Shown here: positions 26,333 through 38,018 of the stretch, piece after piece | Position numbering within the stretch: the first letter of the stretch is position 1 | Layout: each line of letters begins with the position of its first letter | Origin: Heterodontus francisci | Taxonomy: Eukaryota | Direction of reading: 5' to 3' | Assembly: GCF_036365525.1 (NCBI RefSeq) | Contig: NC_090387.1 | Span: 60,622,592-60,686,591 of the forward strand | DNA length: 64,000 bases | Translations under genes and position numbers: made by a program | Notes under the pieces: model-generated | What the model saw: the letters and a program-made list of their open reading frames with translations, nothing else | Told to the model about the DNA's origin: nothing | Database searches by the model: none

Positions 26333-26650
26333 ACTGCCCAGACTATCATGCTGGTTGTTGCTGTGTTTCTTCTGTCCTGGTTGCCCCACCATGTCATAAC
26401 CATGTGGGTTGAATTTGGAAATTTTCCCCTAACCGATGCATCATTTGCATTCAGAATCATCTCTCACTGTATGGCATATGGGAACTCTTGCATCAATCCC
26501 ATAATATATGCATTCCTGTCGGAAAATTTTCGGAAAGCCTGCCGTCAAGTCTTCGCATACAAATTCCTTTTCCCACGTCCCATTGAGGAGAAGGTGGTAA
26601 GGATTCACATGGAGAACTTTTCTTCAACCCATTCAACGACAAACGCTTGA
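26333..26650 (+). CDS. GALR1: Galanin receptor type 1-like (GALR1b/GALR1L), terminal coding exon (TM6, TM7, C-tail)
   Basis: Polypyrimidine tract and AG at 26331-26332, then TAQTIMLVVAVFLLSWLPHHVITMWVEFGNFPLTDASFAFRIISHCMAYGNSCINPIIYAFLSENFRKA; matches GALR1 exon 3 (TAQT...SWLPHH...NPIIYAFLSENFRKA) including the phase-0 boundary; AATAAA at 26829. The paralog assignment is an inference. Confidence 0.88.
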   Translation, partial: TAQTIMLVVAVFLLSWLPHHVITMWVEFGNFPLTDASFAFRIISHCMAYGNSCINPIIYAFLSENFRKACRQVFAYKFLFPRPIEEKVVRIHMENFSSTHSTTNA

Positions 26651-27719
26651 AAGCATTGCCTTTTGATCCAAGCATTGTGACCCAGCACACAGGCTGTGTA
26701 TATATGCATGTCTGAAATTGCACATCCAATGAGGGTGAACAGTCATTTTAGCTGAATCTAGAATTCAGACATTCAAAAGGATTGATGATGGTAACATAGA
26801 AGGTTGAAGTCCTCAGCCAGCTTCATGAAATAAAAGTTAAATACTGGCATCAATTTTAAACCATCTGATGTGGAAGCCTAAGGTTAAAATGATTCAAGCA
26901 GCATCTGAAAATCCATTGGAAACTAGGAAATTGTTAGTAAGAGTATTGACTTGTGTGCTGCTGTACTTTTACATATTGAGTGGATATGAACTGTTCCAGA
27001 CATCCAGCTTGTGGTAAAGGAGATGTGTGGTGAGATGAAGCAAATGTTACTAAAGGAAATTCTAAACAGATGCAGAACTTGATCTTTTAGGAATAGTTGT
27101 GTATTGACACCAACAATGAATTTAGACTTAATACAATCATTTTTTATGACAATTATAGTGTTTTATTATATTAACATGAAAGGTTTCGGTTGTTTGTAGA
27201 TGTATAATCGGTAAGAACTCTGCATCACAATTCAATCCAACTGACTTAATTTGAATCTATTTAGAATTCCAAACTGGTTTCTGAATTTGGTTTTATTTGA
27301 ATTTAGATAAGAGATATGGTTGACTTGGTTTAATTTCAGCCTCAAGTCAAACTTTAAAATTGGTAGAGGAAGCTTGAAATTCTGATAAATGAATCAGAAT
27401 TCCATTAAGCAAGGCAATGTCCCCAACATGCTGTAAATTCAACAAATAATTATGATGCTGATGGTTAAAATGTTCGTAAAAGAAAAACACTGGACCAAAA
27501 GCTCTAATGTAGGCCATTGGACTGTAGCTGTGACAAAGGTTTTTCATTAGGAATAACTTATGAATCCAGTGATTTTGTCCAATTCATAACAACTGAGGTA
27601 TCAGTCACCACTTTGCCTTTTCCAAATTAGAGCATTTATAAGTATTGTAGAAGATAGCACTTGCAGCAGTCGATAAAACTGATTCCAACTTTGTAGAAGG
27701 ATGATGCATATGATGATTT

Positions 27720-27955
27720 TGCATCCCTTTCTCTGGGTTTGAATCCAATCCACGCCTTTGGGACTACAGCCTCTCGCTTAGCTGTGAAGGTCCTTAATAA
27801 ATAGATTTGTGCCATCTCAATTCAGTTTTAAGTGGACATCAATTTGCTAATAATTTGGCACTAATTGGCAGCTCCTCTCAAGATCCAGAGGTGACTGGTG
27901 TGAGGAATGGTTTAATCCCAGTGCAGTAGTGATGCTCTTCCGAGGTTGAGGAAGA
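27720..27955 (+). mobile_element. LF-SINE-like ancient SINE remnant
   Basis: ggtttgaatcca B-box, tctcaattcagttttaagtggaca, exact ttggcactaattggca and gaggttgagg, collinear with the LF-SINE consensus as recalled. Confidence 0.55.
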
Positions 27956-29181
27956 GCGTTTATAATCCCTATTGTTCTTGCATGGGAATTTATGATGATC
28001 TCAACTGATTTGTTCACCAACACTGGCATCCAATACAAAAAGAAACATCACCCCAAATCTGATCGAAGAGGATCTAAATTCCAGGTTTAGCGATGTAACT
28101 TCATTGTTCTTAATCTGCACTCTTTCCAATGTGCTCATTTCTCTGCATACTCCAGTGACTGAAAAAGCTTACCAAAGAATAGGATACAGGCATTAAATGA
28201 CAACCAAATACCAGACGTCAAGACACATCGTCCTTGTATTAAGAGTAGTGTATTTATTACCGGCAATACTGGTGGAAATTTCACCAAAAGTTCATAGTTT
28301 CTCTTCATGAAATGTAATATTGAGATTGTGTGCAGAGCATTGTGGTGTGCAATGGGCAAATCAGTTATCTCAGTGCACCATGTAATTAATGTCGCTGAAT
28401 AGCAAAGCCTATAATCCTGGGTCCCACACACACAGACACTCAGGCTGGAGGGATAGGCACAGCTGCCAGAGGTCTATTTTATGATCTTTACTTCTAAATG
28501 CAACCAGCAGAGATGTATTAAGAGTACCACTGCATTGTAAAAGTAAGGAAAATAGTAACAGGTTGCTTTAAAGAAGCAATTTGCATTTGTACACAATTAA
28601 TAGTATGGAGAACAATGTGGCAGTAGGTCTGTTTAAAAAAAAAATCCCATTTATTTACGATTAACCATGTGGATTTTCCTGACAAAAGACTTTAGTGTTG
28701 ATTTTCCAACATTTTTGGAAAAGCATGAATGGGCTAAGAAATTTTGATGAGTAGGCCCCTACCTTTACACCTGTTCTAGTTGCACTGCACTGCCTGCTAG
28801 ACGGAGCCTCGTTGCATCCCCAAATTCTATTCAAATGAGGGGAATTATCAGCAGGGCACCATTTTCCAACACTTTTGTGAGAAATCTTGCCCTCAAGGAA
28901 CTTTAGCACTAGGAGGGGTTTTGGGGGATCTATCAGAGGCAGATCTGCTTGCATCCGTGGCCATCTGCTCCCACCCACCCTAACCCAAATAACAGTGCTT
29001 GTAGACCCAGGCAGAGCCAATTGGGCATGTCAGAGTCCTCAATAACTAACTTTCACCTGGGACAGCATGGATTTTAATGAGCTGGTTCAGGGTATTTTAA
29101 AGTTGGATTCTGACTTTGACAAAGTGGAGCTGTCACCAGGAAAGCTGAGCTGATTTGTCAGTGAATTATTTATTCTTAACT

Positions 29182-29350
29182 AAAATAAAAGCAAAATACT
29201 ACAGATGCTGGAAGTCTGAAATAAAAATCAAGTGCTGGAAATAATCAGCAGGTCAGGTAGCATCTCTGGACAGAAGCATAGTTAACGTTTCAGGCTTCTC
29301 TCCATACATCTGCCTGACCTGCTGAGTATTTCCGCACTTTGTTTTTATAT
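29182..29350. mobile_element. Fold-back Penelope-terminus element
   Basis: aaaagcaaaatactacagatgctgg...cagcaggtcagg / cctgacctgctgagtatttcc...gtttttat; turn near gttaacgtttc. Confidence 0.7.
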
Positions 29351-30490
29351 TAATTATTAACTCCTGACCTCATTTGTTCTTGCCACCAGAACCTCCTCAA
29401 ATGGAGGGCTTTCAAGATCTCATGACTTAAATTTAAAGGAATGCAGCCACTTACCAGTAAATGATTGCAAATGGGGGCAAAAGATTTCACACGGTTGGCT
29501 GCCTTTGCACAAGAAGGAAGGGAAAGAAATGCTGGGCAAAAATAAAGTGAAGCTGAATCAAGTGTGGAACACAAAATGGGATCTGTGGGCAGGTGATGGG
29601 AGTAGGAATATGCCTCACCCCTGTTTAATGACTGGCTCAAATGTTGCCGTTGAGGTCGATGTGGAGAGTTTATGCTGAGCAATGACAGGCAGAATTTTTG
29701 TCATTGAGCTGTTTAGCAGAAATACTGTGCATTCCATAGCTAGGTTAATTACCTTTTCAATATTTATACCAGGTAAGTGGCTCATTAGCTAATTGAGAAG
29801 TATTGAGATTATTGTTAAAGTCGTTTCGTGATTGGCTGCTTTTCACATTCATGTTATCAAATTGAACACAGGAAGAGCATGATTCAAACAGCATTCCCAC
29901 AGTATTGTTCATAAATTAGTGTTAAACATGTTTCTTCCCTTTTCTCTAAATAGGGGAAAATAATGCTCTTTAAATCTAAATTAAATTGAAATCTTTAAAA
30001 GCACAGTCTATTGGCTTCTAAATCTCCAGCCATAGCTTACATTACTTCTTAGCGACTCAACTCAGTTTAACTGTTAATATTTTGTAATTTACATATGGAG
30101 TTGTAGTTCACAACAACCTTTGTCATTAAAGTACCGTATATTACTGATCTATTTAGGAACCTGTATTTAAGAGATTGAGTCACAACCCACATATTTTGTC
30201 CTCAGTTCTATTTAACTTTGGTTTGCTAATCATGGAACTAGACTCTGGTGTTGGAGTTTGGATTGGTTGTGTTTGAAAATGAAATGCATGAGTCTCCTTC
30301 CTTGGAAACTTAAAACAGCTCTGAAACGGATCACTTTTCAAATATGAATTTCAATAAGATTTTAATAATTAACTAACACTATAAGTCTGTTAATTCAGCA
30401 CTGCAGCCTTATATTATTGAGTCTAATACGAATCATTGTGTTTTTTATGTCTGTTGCTAAAATTAGTATCTTTACAATACCAAAAAGAAA

Positions 30491-30790
30491 AGTGGTGCAG
30501 TGGTTAGCACTGCAGCCTCACAGCTCCAGGGACCCGGGTTCAATTCTGGGTACTGCCTGTGCGGAGTTTGCAAGTTCTCCCTATGTCTGCGTGGGTTTTC
30601 TCCGGGTGCTCCGGTTTCCTCCCACATCCAAAGACTTGCAGTTGATAGGTAAATTGGCTGTTATAAATTGCCCCTAGTGTAGGTAGGTGATAGGGAATAT
30701 GGGATTACTGTAGGGTTAGTATAAATGGGTGGTTGTTGGTCAGCACAGACTTGGTGGGCCGAAGGGCCTGTTTCAGTGCTGTATCTATAA
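30491..30790 (+). mobile_element. HE1-type V-SINE
   Basis: Head, V-domain and tail present. Confidence 0.9.
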
Positions 30791-32778
30791 ATTAAAAAAA
30801 TAAAAAAAGAAACTGTACCTTGTAAGAAAGCAGTTCTTGTAAAAACAGTTTGCACATTCTACATTGATACAGGTTGAAGTTGGATTTGATACTGTACTTT
30901 GTAAATTTGCCCTCTTAAGTTTTTTTCAGTGGTTTGACATGCATGATTGCCCACTGACTTCAACCTGACATCAATGTACTTGTATTATTGACACTGTGAG
31001 GCCAGGCACTTTATAGTAATGAAATTTCAAGTTCAGATCTGAAATCTTGGTTTGAAGGTCTAACAGCTCTGTTCACAAAAACTGAACTGCATGAGCCTTA
31101 TGAGATTCTCAGAACTTGCAAGCTTTATGTCTGAATGTGATTATTTAACAGATGTTTGCATAGTGCTAGGGCAATCATGTAGGAAAATTGAGGAGGCATC
31201 TTGAACTCGTGTTAAGAAAAAGACAGAGAGAGAAATCTGCAGACTAGGAATGAAAAGGTAAATGGATAAACAAGTCTTTCAACACAGGAGTAATATCTTT
31301 TCTGGTTTTCAAATACAGTGCATTATAATAGCTTCATGATGTATTTTTGTAAATGCAGTAGGATTAACAGAAAACAAGTTCAGACAGAATCTACTACTGC
31401 TACCATTTTTCTCATATATGAAATTAATGTGAATAAGATAGTTTTCGTATCTCATGTCAACAGCCCATTTGTCCAGATACTGAAAATGAAAAAGAGATAC
31501 ATTTATGGACACTGCAATTGTAAATAACAATTAACTGTGAACAGGGATGAGATAAAATTTAAAATAGTACTAATAGTACCATTTAAATGTATATTTTCAA
31601 ACTTTCTGGAATAATCTCAGTGAAGTATTTAATATTGTCTATTTTTGATTTCTGTAAAGAAATGCAGCCTCGAAAGCTTGGAAATGTAAAATCAAGGATC
31701 ATTATTAAGCATCTACCAGTATTTGTTTAAAAAAACCCTGCAAGTCATATTACTTTGTGAATTACAGTCATACATGTAGAGTGAAGTTACATTTTACTGT
31801 TTGAATGAAGGAGTGAAAAAGTTCCCTTAAAAAGCCTTTTGGGAATGCATACTCAATACAAACTTGCAGTGTTTAATGTTTAAGCTTTCATGTGACAGCT
31901 GATTGTATGGTTCTCTGGATTAACTATTCCATGATGCTACATGATTCTGTCTTTCAATTATGTTGTTCAAGTACACGATGTCAGATTTGTGAAATGTTAA
32001 TATTAAGCTGTTTATGGTTGACATCATTAAACTGTTACTGGTACACCCAATCTAGACCCAATACTGAAAAATGTATCTTACAGTTCGTTATGGAAATGTT
32101 ACAAAATAAAGTATCTGGAGTACAGCAGAATCTCCAAATGGATGAAATAAAGTTCTCCCACAGTCTGAAGACAATTTGCTGACAGTGGTCAGCGAGTTTT
32201 TGTCCCACGTGTGCTTATCACTCAGATTCATTTTCCTCCGATGGACCACTAATGTTAGCTTGTGCAGTGAGTTCCCAGTTATAGTCAGGAGGTGCCAAGT
32301 GGACATGTGGTGTTTCCCCCCCCCCGCCCATCCCGGGAAAGAGAGAAACATTAGAGATGAATGAATACTGACACTCTAGGGTTCCTCCCAAATGGTCACA
32401 AAACAGCATTGGTTGAGACTTGATAGAAGGTTGGCAGCTTGTTATTCAAAGAATGAGAAAGATTTAAAGGGAGAAAATAGATAATCCTAAATGGATTTTG
32501 TTATAGCATTTTCATATATTTAAACCATTAGTTATTTCAAGCAAATGCCCACAATTATTATAGTGAAATCTCCCTTTCTTGAAATTCAGAATCATGTTCA
32601 CAACTTTGTTCGCATTTTCCTATCCCACTCCCTCAAATTTCTTAATGAGCCATTAAATATTTCTACCAAACCTAAATATTTCCTTCCAGAATTAAAGAAT
32701 TGCATTTATGTCCTACTTTAATTATCCACCAGCCTCTCTGATTGTTTTTTGTCTTGTTTCTATGATTAAGAGTCAAGT

Positions 32779-32981
32779 GAAAGACTTGCAGGTTGATAGG
32801 TAAATTGGCCATTATAAATTGCCCCTAGTGTAGGTAGGTGGTAGGAGAATTGAGGGAAGGTGGGGATGTGGTAGAGAATATGGGATTAAATGTAGGATTA
32901 GTATAAATGGGTGGTTGTTGGTCAGCACAGACTTGGTGGGCCGAAGGGCCTGTTTCAGTGCTGTATCTCTCTATGACTCTA
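32779..32981 (+). mobile_element. HE1-type V-SINE, 5'-truncated
   Basis: 3' half nearly identical to other copies. Confidence 0.85.
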
Positions 32982-33434
32982 AGAGTGGTTCTGCATTCTT
33001 ATTTGTGAAGGTAAGTTCTCAAACATTATCAGCTTTCTCATTTGATTTGCCCCAAATCAATCCAGGGGTACAGAACAGAGTATTGAAAGTCATTTCAAAT
33101 TGATTGCTAAATTTTGATGACCAAAATAGAATTAGGTAAACATTTATAATAATTTTTGGAATGAAAAAAAGTTTTTGTGTTTATATGTTGGCTTTTGGTG
33201 CAGAAACAGAGTTCTCAGAGCGTTAAGAATCGACTAGGATAATGCAATACGGCCTGGAGCTTATTGCCTGAAAGGGCGGTAGAGCCATTTCATTACTTTG
33301 GCAGGGTTGAGAACCTGATTGGAGGAATTAGAACATGGAATTGTTGGAAAGATGGACACAAGCCTATACTCCTAACTTGTTGGCTATTGAAGATTAGCAA
33401 GAAGTCGGTAAGGAGGAAAGAATTGGAGATAAAA

Positions 33435-33757
33435 CCACAGCTCCAGCGACCCGGGTTCAATTCTGGGTACTGCCTGTGTGGAGTTTGCAAGTTCTCCCTG
33501 TGTCTGCGTGGGTTTTCTCCGGGTGCTCCGGTTTCCTCCCACAAGCCAAAAGACTTGCAGGTTGATAGGTAAATTGGCCATTATAAATTGTCACTAGTAT
33601 AGGTAGGTGGTAGGGAAATATAGGGACAGGTGGGGATGTTTGGTAGGAATATGGGATTAGTGTAGGATTAGTATAAATGGGTGGTTGATGTTCGGCACAG
33701 ACTCGGTGGGCCGAAGGGCCTGTTTCAGTGCTGTATCTCTAATCTAAAATCTAATCA
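33435..33757 (+). mobile_element. HE1-type V-SINE lacking the A-box
   Basis: B-box, V-domain, tail with (ctaat)n. Confidence 0.9.
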
Positions 33758-33914
33758 TTCGCTACAGTTGAAGCTAGAGAGGCAGAATGATGTACTGATT
33801 CAGTTAGAATTGTGACATTTTGTTCAAGTTTAGAGACTTGAAAAAATTACCAACTTAGACAATTATAACTAGATCGTGTCCATTTATGAAATGTGATAGA
33901 TCAATATGCCAGTG

Positions 33915-34262
33915 AACAAAGAACAAAGAACAGTACAGCACAGGAACAGGCCCTTTGGCCCCTCCAAGCCTGCGCCGATCTTGATGCCTGCCTAAACTAA
34001 CACCTTCTGCACTTCCGGGGCCCATATCCCTCTATTCCCTTCCTATTCATGTATTTGTCAAGATGTCTCTTAAACGTCGCTATCGTATCTGCTTCCACCA
34101 CCTCCCCTGGCAGCAAGTTCCAGGCACTCACCACCCTCTGTGTAAAAAACTTGCCTCGCACATCCCCTCTAAACTTTGCCCCTCGCACCTTAAACCTATG
34201 TCCCCTAGTAACTGACTCTTCCACCCTGGAAAAAAGCTTCTGACTATCCACTCTGTCCATGC
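33915..34262 (-). mobile_element. CR1 (HER1-like) LINE 3' end
   Basis: TRGHRFKV...FFTQRVVSAWNLLPGEVVEADTIATFKRHLDKYM; tail similar to the HE1 SINE tail. Confidence 0.85.
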
Positions 34263-34551
34263 TATGTTTGAAGCCAATTGCCATCAAAAGGGCCCTTTCT
34301 CAACTTTCCAGTGGCAGTTTTCTCCTCCAAACAGGGAAGCAAAACTGAATCAAAATACTGTCTTCTATTCAAACTTACATTGGTGTGGTACTTATCACAT
34401 GGGAATCCAGTTCATGGGCTCTTGAACGTATAGTACCATCAGTCTGCTTAAAGACTTATTTTTGCAGTGGTATCATGCCAGATTTGTACAAGTAAATTCT
34501 GAATTTTAATGTGTTACCCAATTAAACAAGTAAAGAGTCAATATAGATGCT

Positions 34552-34884
34552 AAAATAAAAGCAAAAAACTGCAGATTCTGGAGATTGAAATAAAATTAAA
34601 TTGCTGGAAATACTCAGCAGGTAAGGCAGCATCTGTGGAGAGAGAAAGAGTTAATGTTTCTGGTATGGGCTTTGAGCAAGTGTCATTTAATCTCTCCTGT
34701 CCCCTGTCCTATCACACCTTCCCTTTAGTTCTTCTTCCCCCTCCCTTTCACTTACTCAAAACCCATTACATTTCTAACCTTTGCCAGTTCTGATGAAAGA
34801 TCACAGATCTGAAAAATTAACTCCGTTTCTCTCTCCACAGATGCTGCCAGACCTGCTGAGTATTTCCAGCACTTTGTTTTTATT
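34552..34884. mobile_element. Fold-back Penelope-terminus element with hammerhead motif (34786-34823)
   Basis: Inverted arms of about 100 bp; exact 14-bp TSD tcaatatagatgct at 34538 and 34885; CTGATGA-a-AGATC aca GATCT-GAAA. Confidence 0.8.
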
Positions 34885-35785
34885 TCAATATAGATGCTGT
34901 TTGGTTTGGTGTTTAGATCCTTGAATTCAGCTCCACTAACTCAAGCCCTCATGTATTTTTTTTAAAATGGCAAATCTGGGGTTTTGGTCATCAGTATATT
35001 AGACAGGCAGCTGACAATGCCTAAAATAGTACCATAAAAATATATCTATTAGGCACAAAGTTGCTGTTTAAAGCAATATAATTGTATTGATTTAAAAAAG
35101 GATGAAAATAACTGAGTTGCAAATTGTTACGTAATACCAAAGGACTATTAGAATTCGTGGAATTTTAAAAGCTAGTGCATTTCATATGGATATAAAACAG
35201 ATGGCAATTTTTGTTTTGTTTCATCAAAAGCTAATGTACCCATTAAAAAGTCTTTGATGATGCAGGGTCAGTTACAGGTCAGAGACACCAACATAGCAGA
35301 GGGCATATGGAAGTTCCACGCACAAGGGGAGACACTGCAGAAGGGATCAAATGACTGCAGGTCTGGCGATGCGGTCAGGATGTAAGGGCAGCTGAATCCT
35401 AACAATAAAAATACAATTTAAAATGTTACTAAAGTAACTACTTAAAACAAAGGGTGTTTTTTTTTTTACAATCAGAACTGAGGCAGAACAGCACTTGAAT
35501 GCCAATGCTGCCACCTTCCCACTTGGGCAGAATGGTGAAAACAAAAAAAAAGAGGAAAAAAGGACAGTGAAAGGAAAAAGTAAGCAGTGCTGAGATGTCA
35601 ACAGACAAATGGAGAGAAGGAAAGATGGCACAAAAGTGAAGGATGGAGAAACGGGGTACTCTAAGAAACACAAACTCTGTTGGGAGCTGGCTGTTGTATT
35701 TTAATTGATTCTACCAGATTTACCCTCCTCTCCCGCCCCCAACTAGTTGCAACACACTGACCCGACCGACTAATCGAAGCACAGA

Positions 35786-36160
35786 ATAAGACTTGCATTT
35801 GGATAGTACCTTTCACAACTTTAGGATGTTCCAAAACACTTTACAACCAATTTGTGCACAGCAAGCTCCCCCAAACAGCAATGTGATAACTACAAGGCAA
35901 TGTGTTTGAGTGAAATTGACCGAGGAACACCAAGGAGAATTCCCCTGGTGGTCTTTGAAATTGAGCCATGGGACATTTTATGTCCACCTGAGGGGACAGT
36001 TGGGGCTTTGGTTTAACATTTCAAATGAAAGACTGTGCAGCACTCCCTCAGCACTGCAGTGCCAGCCTAGATTTTGTACTCAAATCTATGGAGTCATTCT
36101 TGAACTTAACAGCCTTCTGACTCAGAGGTGTCAGTGCTACCACTGAACCTCAACTGATAC
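35786..36160 (-). mobile_element. Deu-domain SINE (SacSINE1-like) just downstream of DDX28
   Basis: Homologous to 6646-7085 with internal deletions. Confidence 0.75.
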
Positions 36161-36307
36161 AATAGGACGCACCGTTATAATGCATAGTACTATTTTGTCT
36201 TCTCTGTGTTTTCTAAAAATCATAATATTCAGCAGCAATTTCAATATTTTACTTCAATTATTTATATTGGCACAGCCGTTATTCCAATACAAGTTTCTCT
36301 AGAGCGT

Positions 36308-38005
36308 TCAGTTCTGGTCTTTTGATAATTCTGGTATGCTTTTCTTCACAGGTTGCTTGATTTCAGATTCCAGGCCAGGGAGTATCACTTTTTGCCGGGC
36401 TGCGGTCTCAATTTTCTGTACTAGTTCAACATCCCAGGGGTGTGTCACAAAACTAACTACGGACCCCAAAATCTTGCTCCCAACACGCCCCACCCGCCCA
36501 GCGCGGTGGATATAATCGCACAGCGTTGGGGGAAAGTCATAATTAATTACAACTTCCACCCTCTGAGTATCCAACCCACGAGATGCAATGTCTGTGCAGA
36601 GAAGTATGTCTACCAAACCCTGCTGGAAAGTGCAAAATATCCCACTTCGCTTTTCAGCTTGCATATTCCCCTGCAGCCGGCAGTGTTTGATGCGATGGTC
36701 ATCCAGGACATAGCCAAGCCAATTAACTGTTGCTGCACTGTTGCAAAACACAAGGACTCCAGCACCAGCGTTCTCTGCAGTTAGCTCCTTTAACGTTTGC
36801 AACAAGTCACTAGCTTTGTCTTGCCGCTTGACTTTCATGAACTTCTGCCTCACATGTGGCATGAGGTAATGAAGTCCCTTGCTCTTTATGGTGATGATAC
36901 TGCCCAAATCGGTGACTTTGCTGAGAAGTTCTCCCACTCCACCAGGGAAGGTGGCGCCTATCACCACCAGCTGGGCTTTCCTTTCCACCCCGCGGGTTTC
37001 AGAGGGGTGTGCAGCGATTTGGGTGTGGAGGAGAATGTCCTCCAGCAACTCCACAAAGCTTTCATCAAACAGGGTGTCCGCCTCGTCCAACACCAGATGG
37101 GTCAGGTTGCGGAGGGAGATGAAGTCTCTTCTCAGCGCCTTCCACAGGACTCCGGGCGTTGCTATCAACAGGTCGATTGCTCCTCGGGACAAGGTCAGCT
37201 TCACGTTGCCCATCCCCCGGCCTCCCCCGACCGTCCGCACATTCACCTTCAAGTCGGCAGTCAGCGATTGGGCCACTTCCAGGAGCTGGTCGGCCAGTTC
37301 CCGGGAGGGGACCAGCACCAGACTGCGCGGCCCGTCACAGTCGGCGTCCCCCACCTCAGCGCTCTCCGATGTCAAGGTGTGCAGTACAGGCAGCAGGTAG
37401 CTTAGTGTCTTCCCGCTGCCGGTCTCGGCCGCGCACAACACGTTCTTCCCTCTCAACAGAGCAGCGATCGTCTGCGCCTGGACTCGGCTGGGGTGGGAAA
37501 TGCCCATCCTGTCCAGTGCATCCCGCAGCTCGCTGCACAGCCCCAGCGAGCTGAAGCTTCGCACCTTTTCTCTGAGCTTCTCCTCCTCTTCTGGTAAAAC
37601 GGGCGGCTGGTTGCGGGTGTTGTTAATGACAAAATAATCCCCAGCGGCTTTCCTGTGCTTCCAGCCCTTGGAGACCAGGGGTACCTGGTCAAACTTGCCG
37701 AAAGTGTAGCCGGCGTGCAGGTTCAGCTGAGGCCGCTTCCCCATGATGAGCAGCCGACCAGGCCTGGCCAGCCTCAGCGCCGGCGCTTTGCCCCCTGCCA
37801 CGCGTTTCAGCCTCTCCTCCGCTCGGAGCCGCGTCTTCTGAGGGATGCGAATGACGGGCAGCTCGCCGCTGTGGGCCGACACCCGGGGCCCTCCACTGGC
37901 GGAAAAGCCCAACCCCAATCTCTCTCTCAACAGTGTCCCGAGTCGGGTTGCCAGAGATTCGGGGCCCCACGGCTGACGATGGAACCCCAAGCCGAATGCC
38001 AACAT
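36308..38005 (-). CDS. DDX28: Probable ATP-dependent RNA helicase DDX28 (mitochondrial DEAD-box), intronless, 565 aa
   Basis: ATG at 38005; motifs AETGSGKT, PSRELA, TPG, DEAD, GAT, TDIASRGLD, HRAGRVGR; DDX28-specific LPVIRIP, PLVSKGWK, VNWLGYVLDDH, FVTHPWDV; head-to-head with DUS2 as in human. Confidence 0.97.
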   Translation of the reverse strand: MLAFGLGFHRQPWGPESLATRLGTLLRERLGLGFSASGGPRVSAHSGELPVIRIPQKTRLRAEERLKRVAGGKAPALRLARPGRLLIMGKRPQLNLHAGYTFGKFDQVPLVSKGWKHRKAAGDYFVINNTRNQPPVLPEEEEKLREKVRSFSSLGLCSELRDALDRMGISHPSRVQAQTIAALLRGKNVLCAAETGSGKTLSYLLPVLHTLTSESAEVGDADCDGPRSLVLVPSRELADQLLEVAQSLTADLKVNVRTVGGGRGMGNVKLTLSRGAIDLLIATPGVLWKALRRDFISLRNLTHLVLDEADTLFDESFVELLEDILLHTQIAAHPSETRGVERKAQLVVIGATFPGGVGELLSKVTDLGSIITIKSKGLHYLMPHVRQKFMKVKRQDKASDLLQTLKELTAENAGAGVLVFCNSAATVNWLGYVLDDHRIKHCRLQGNMQAEKRSGIFCTFQQGLVDILLCTDIASRGLDTQRVEVVINYDFPPTLCDYIHRAGRVGRVGSKILGSVVSFVTHPWDVELVQKIETAARQKVILPGLESEIKQPVKKSIPELSKDQN

Positions 38006-38018
38006 GCTGTTGAGTTGG

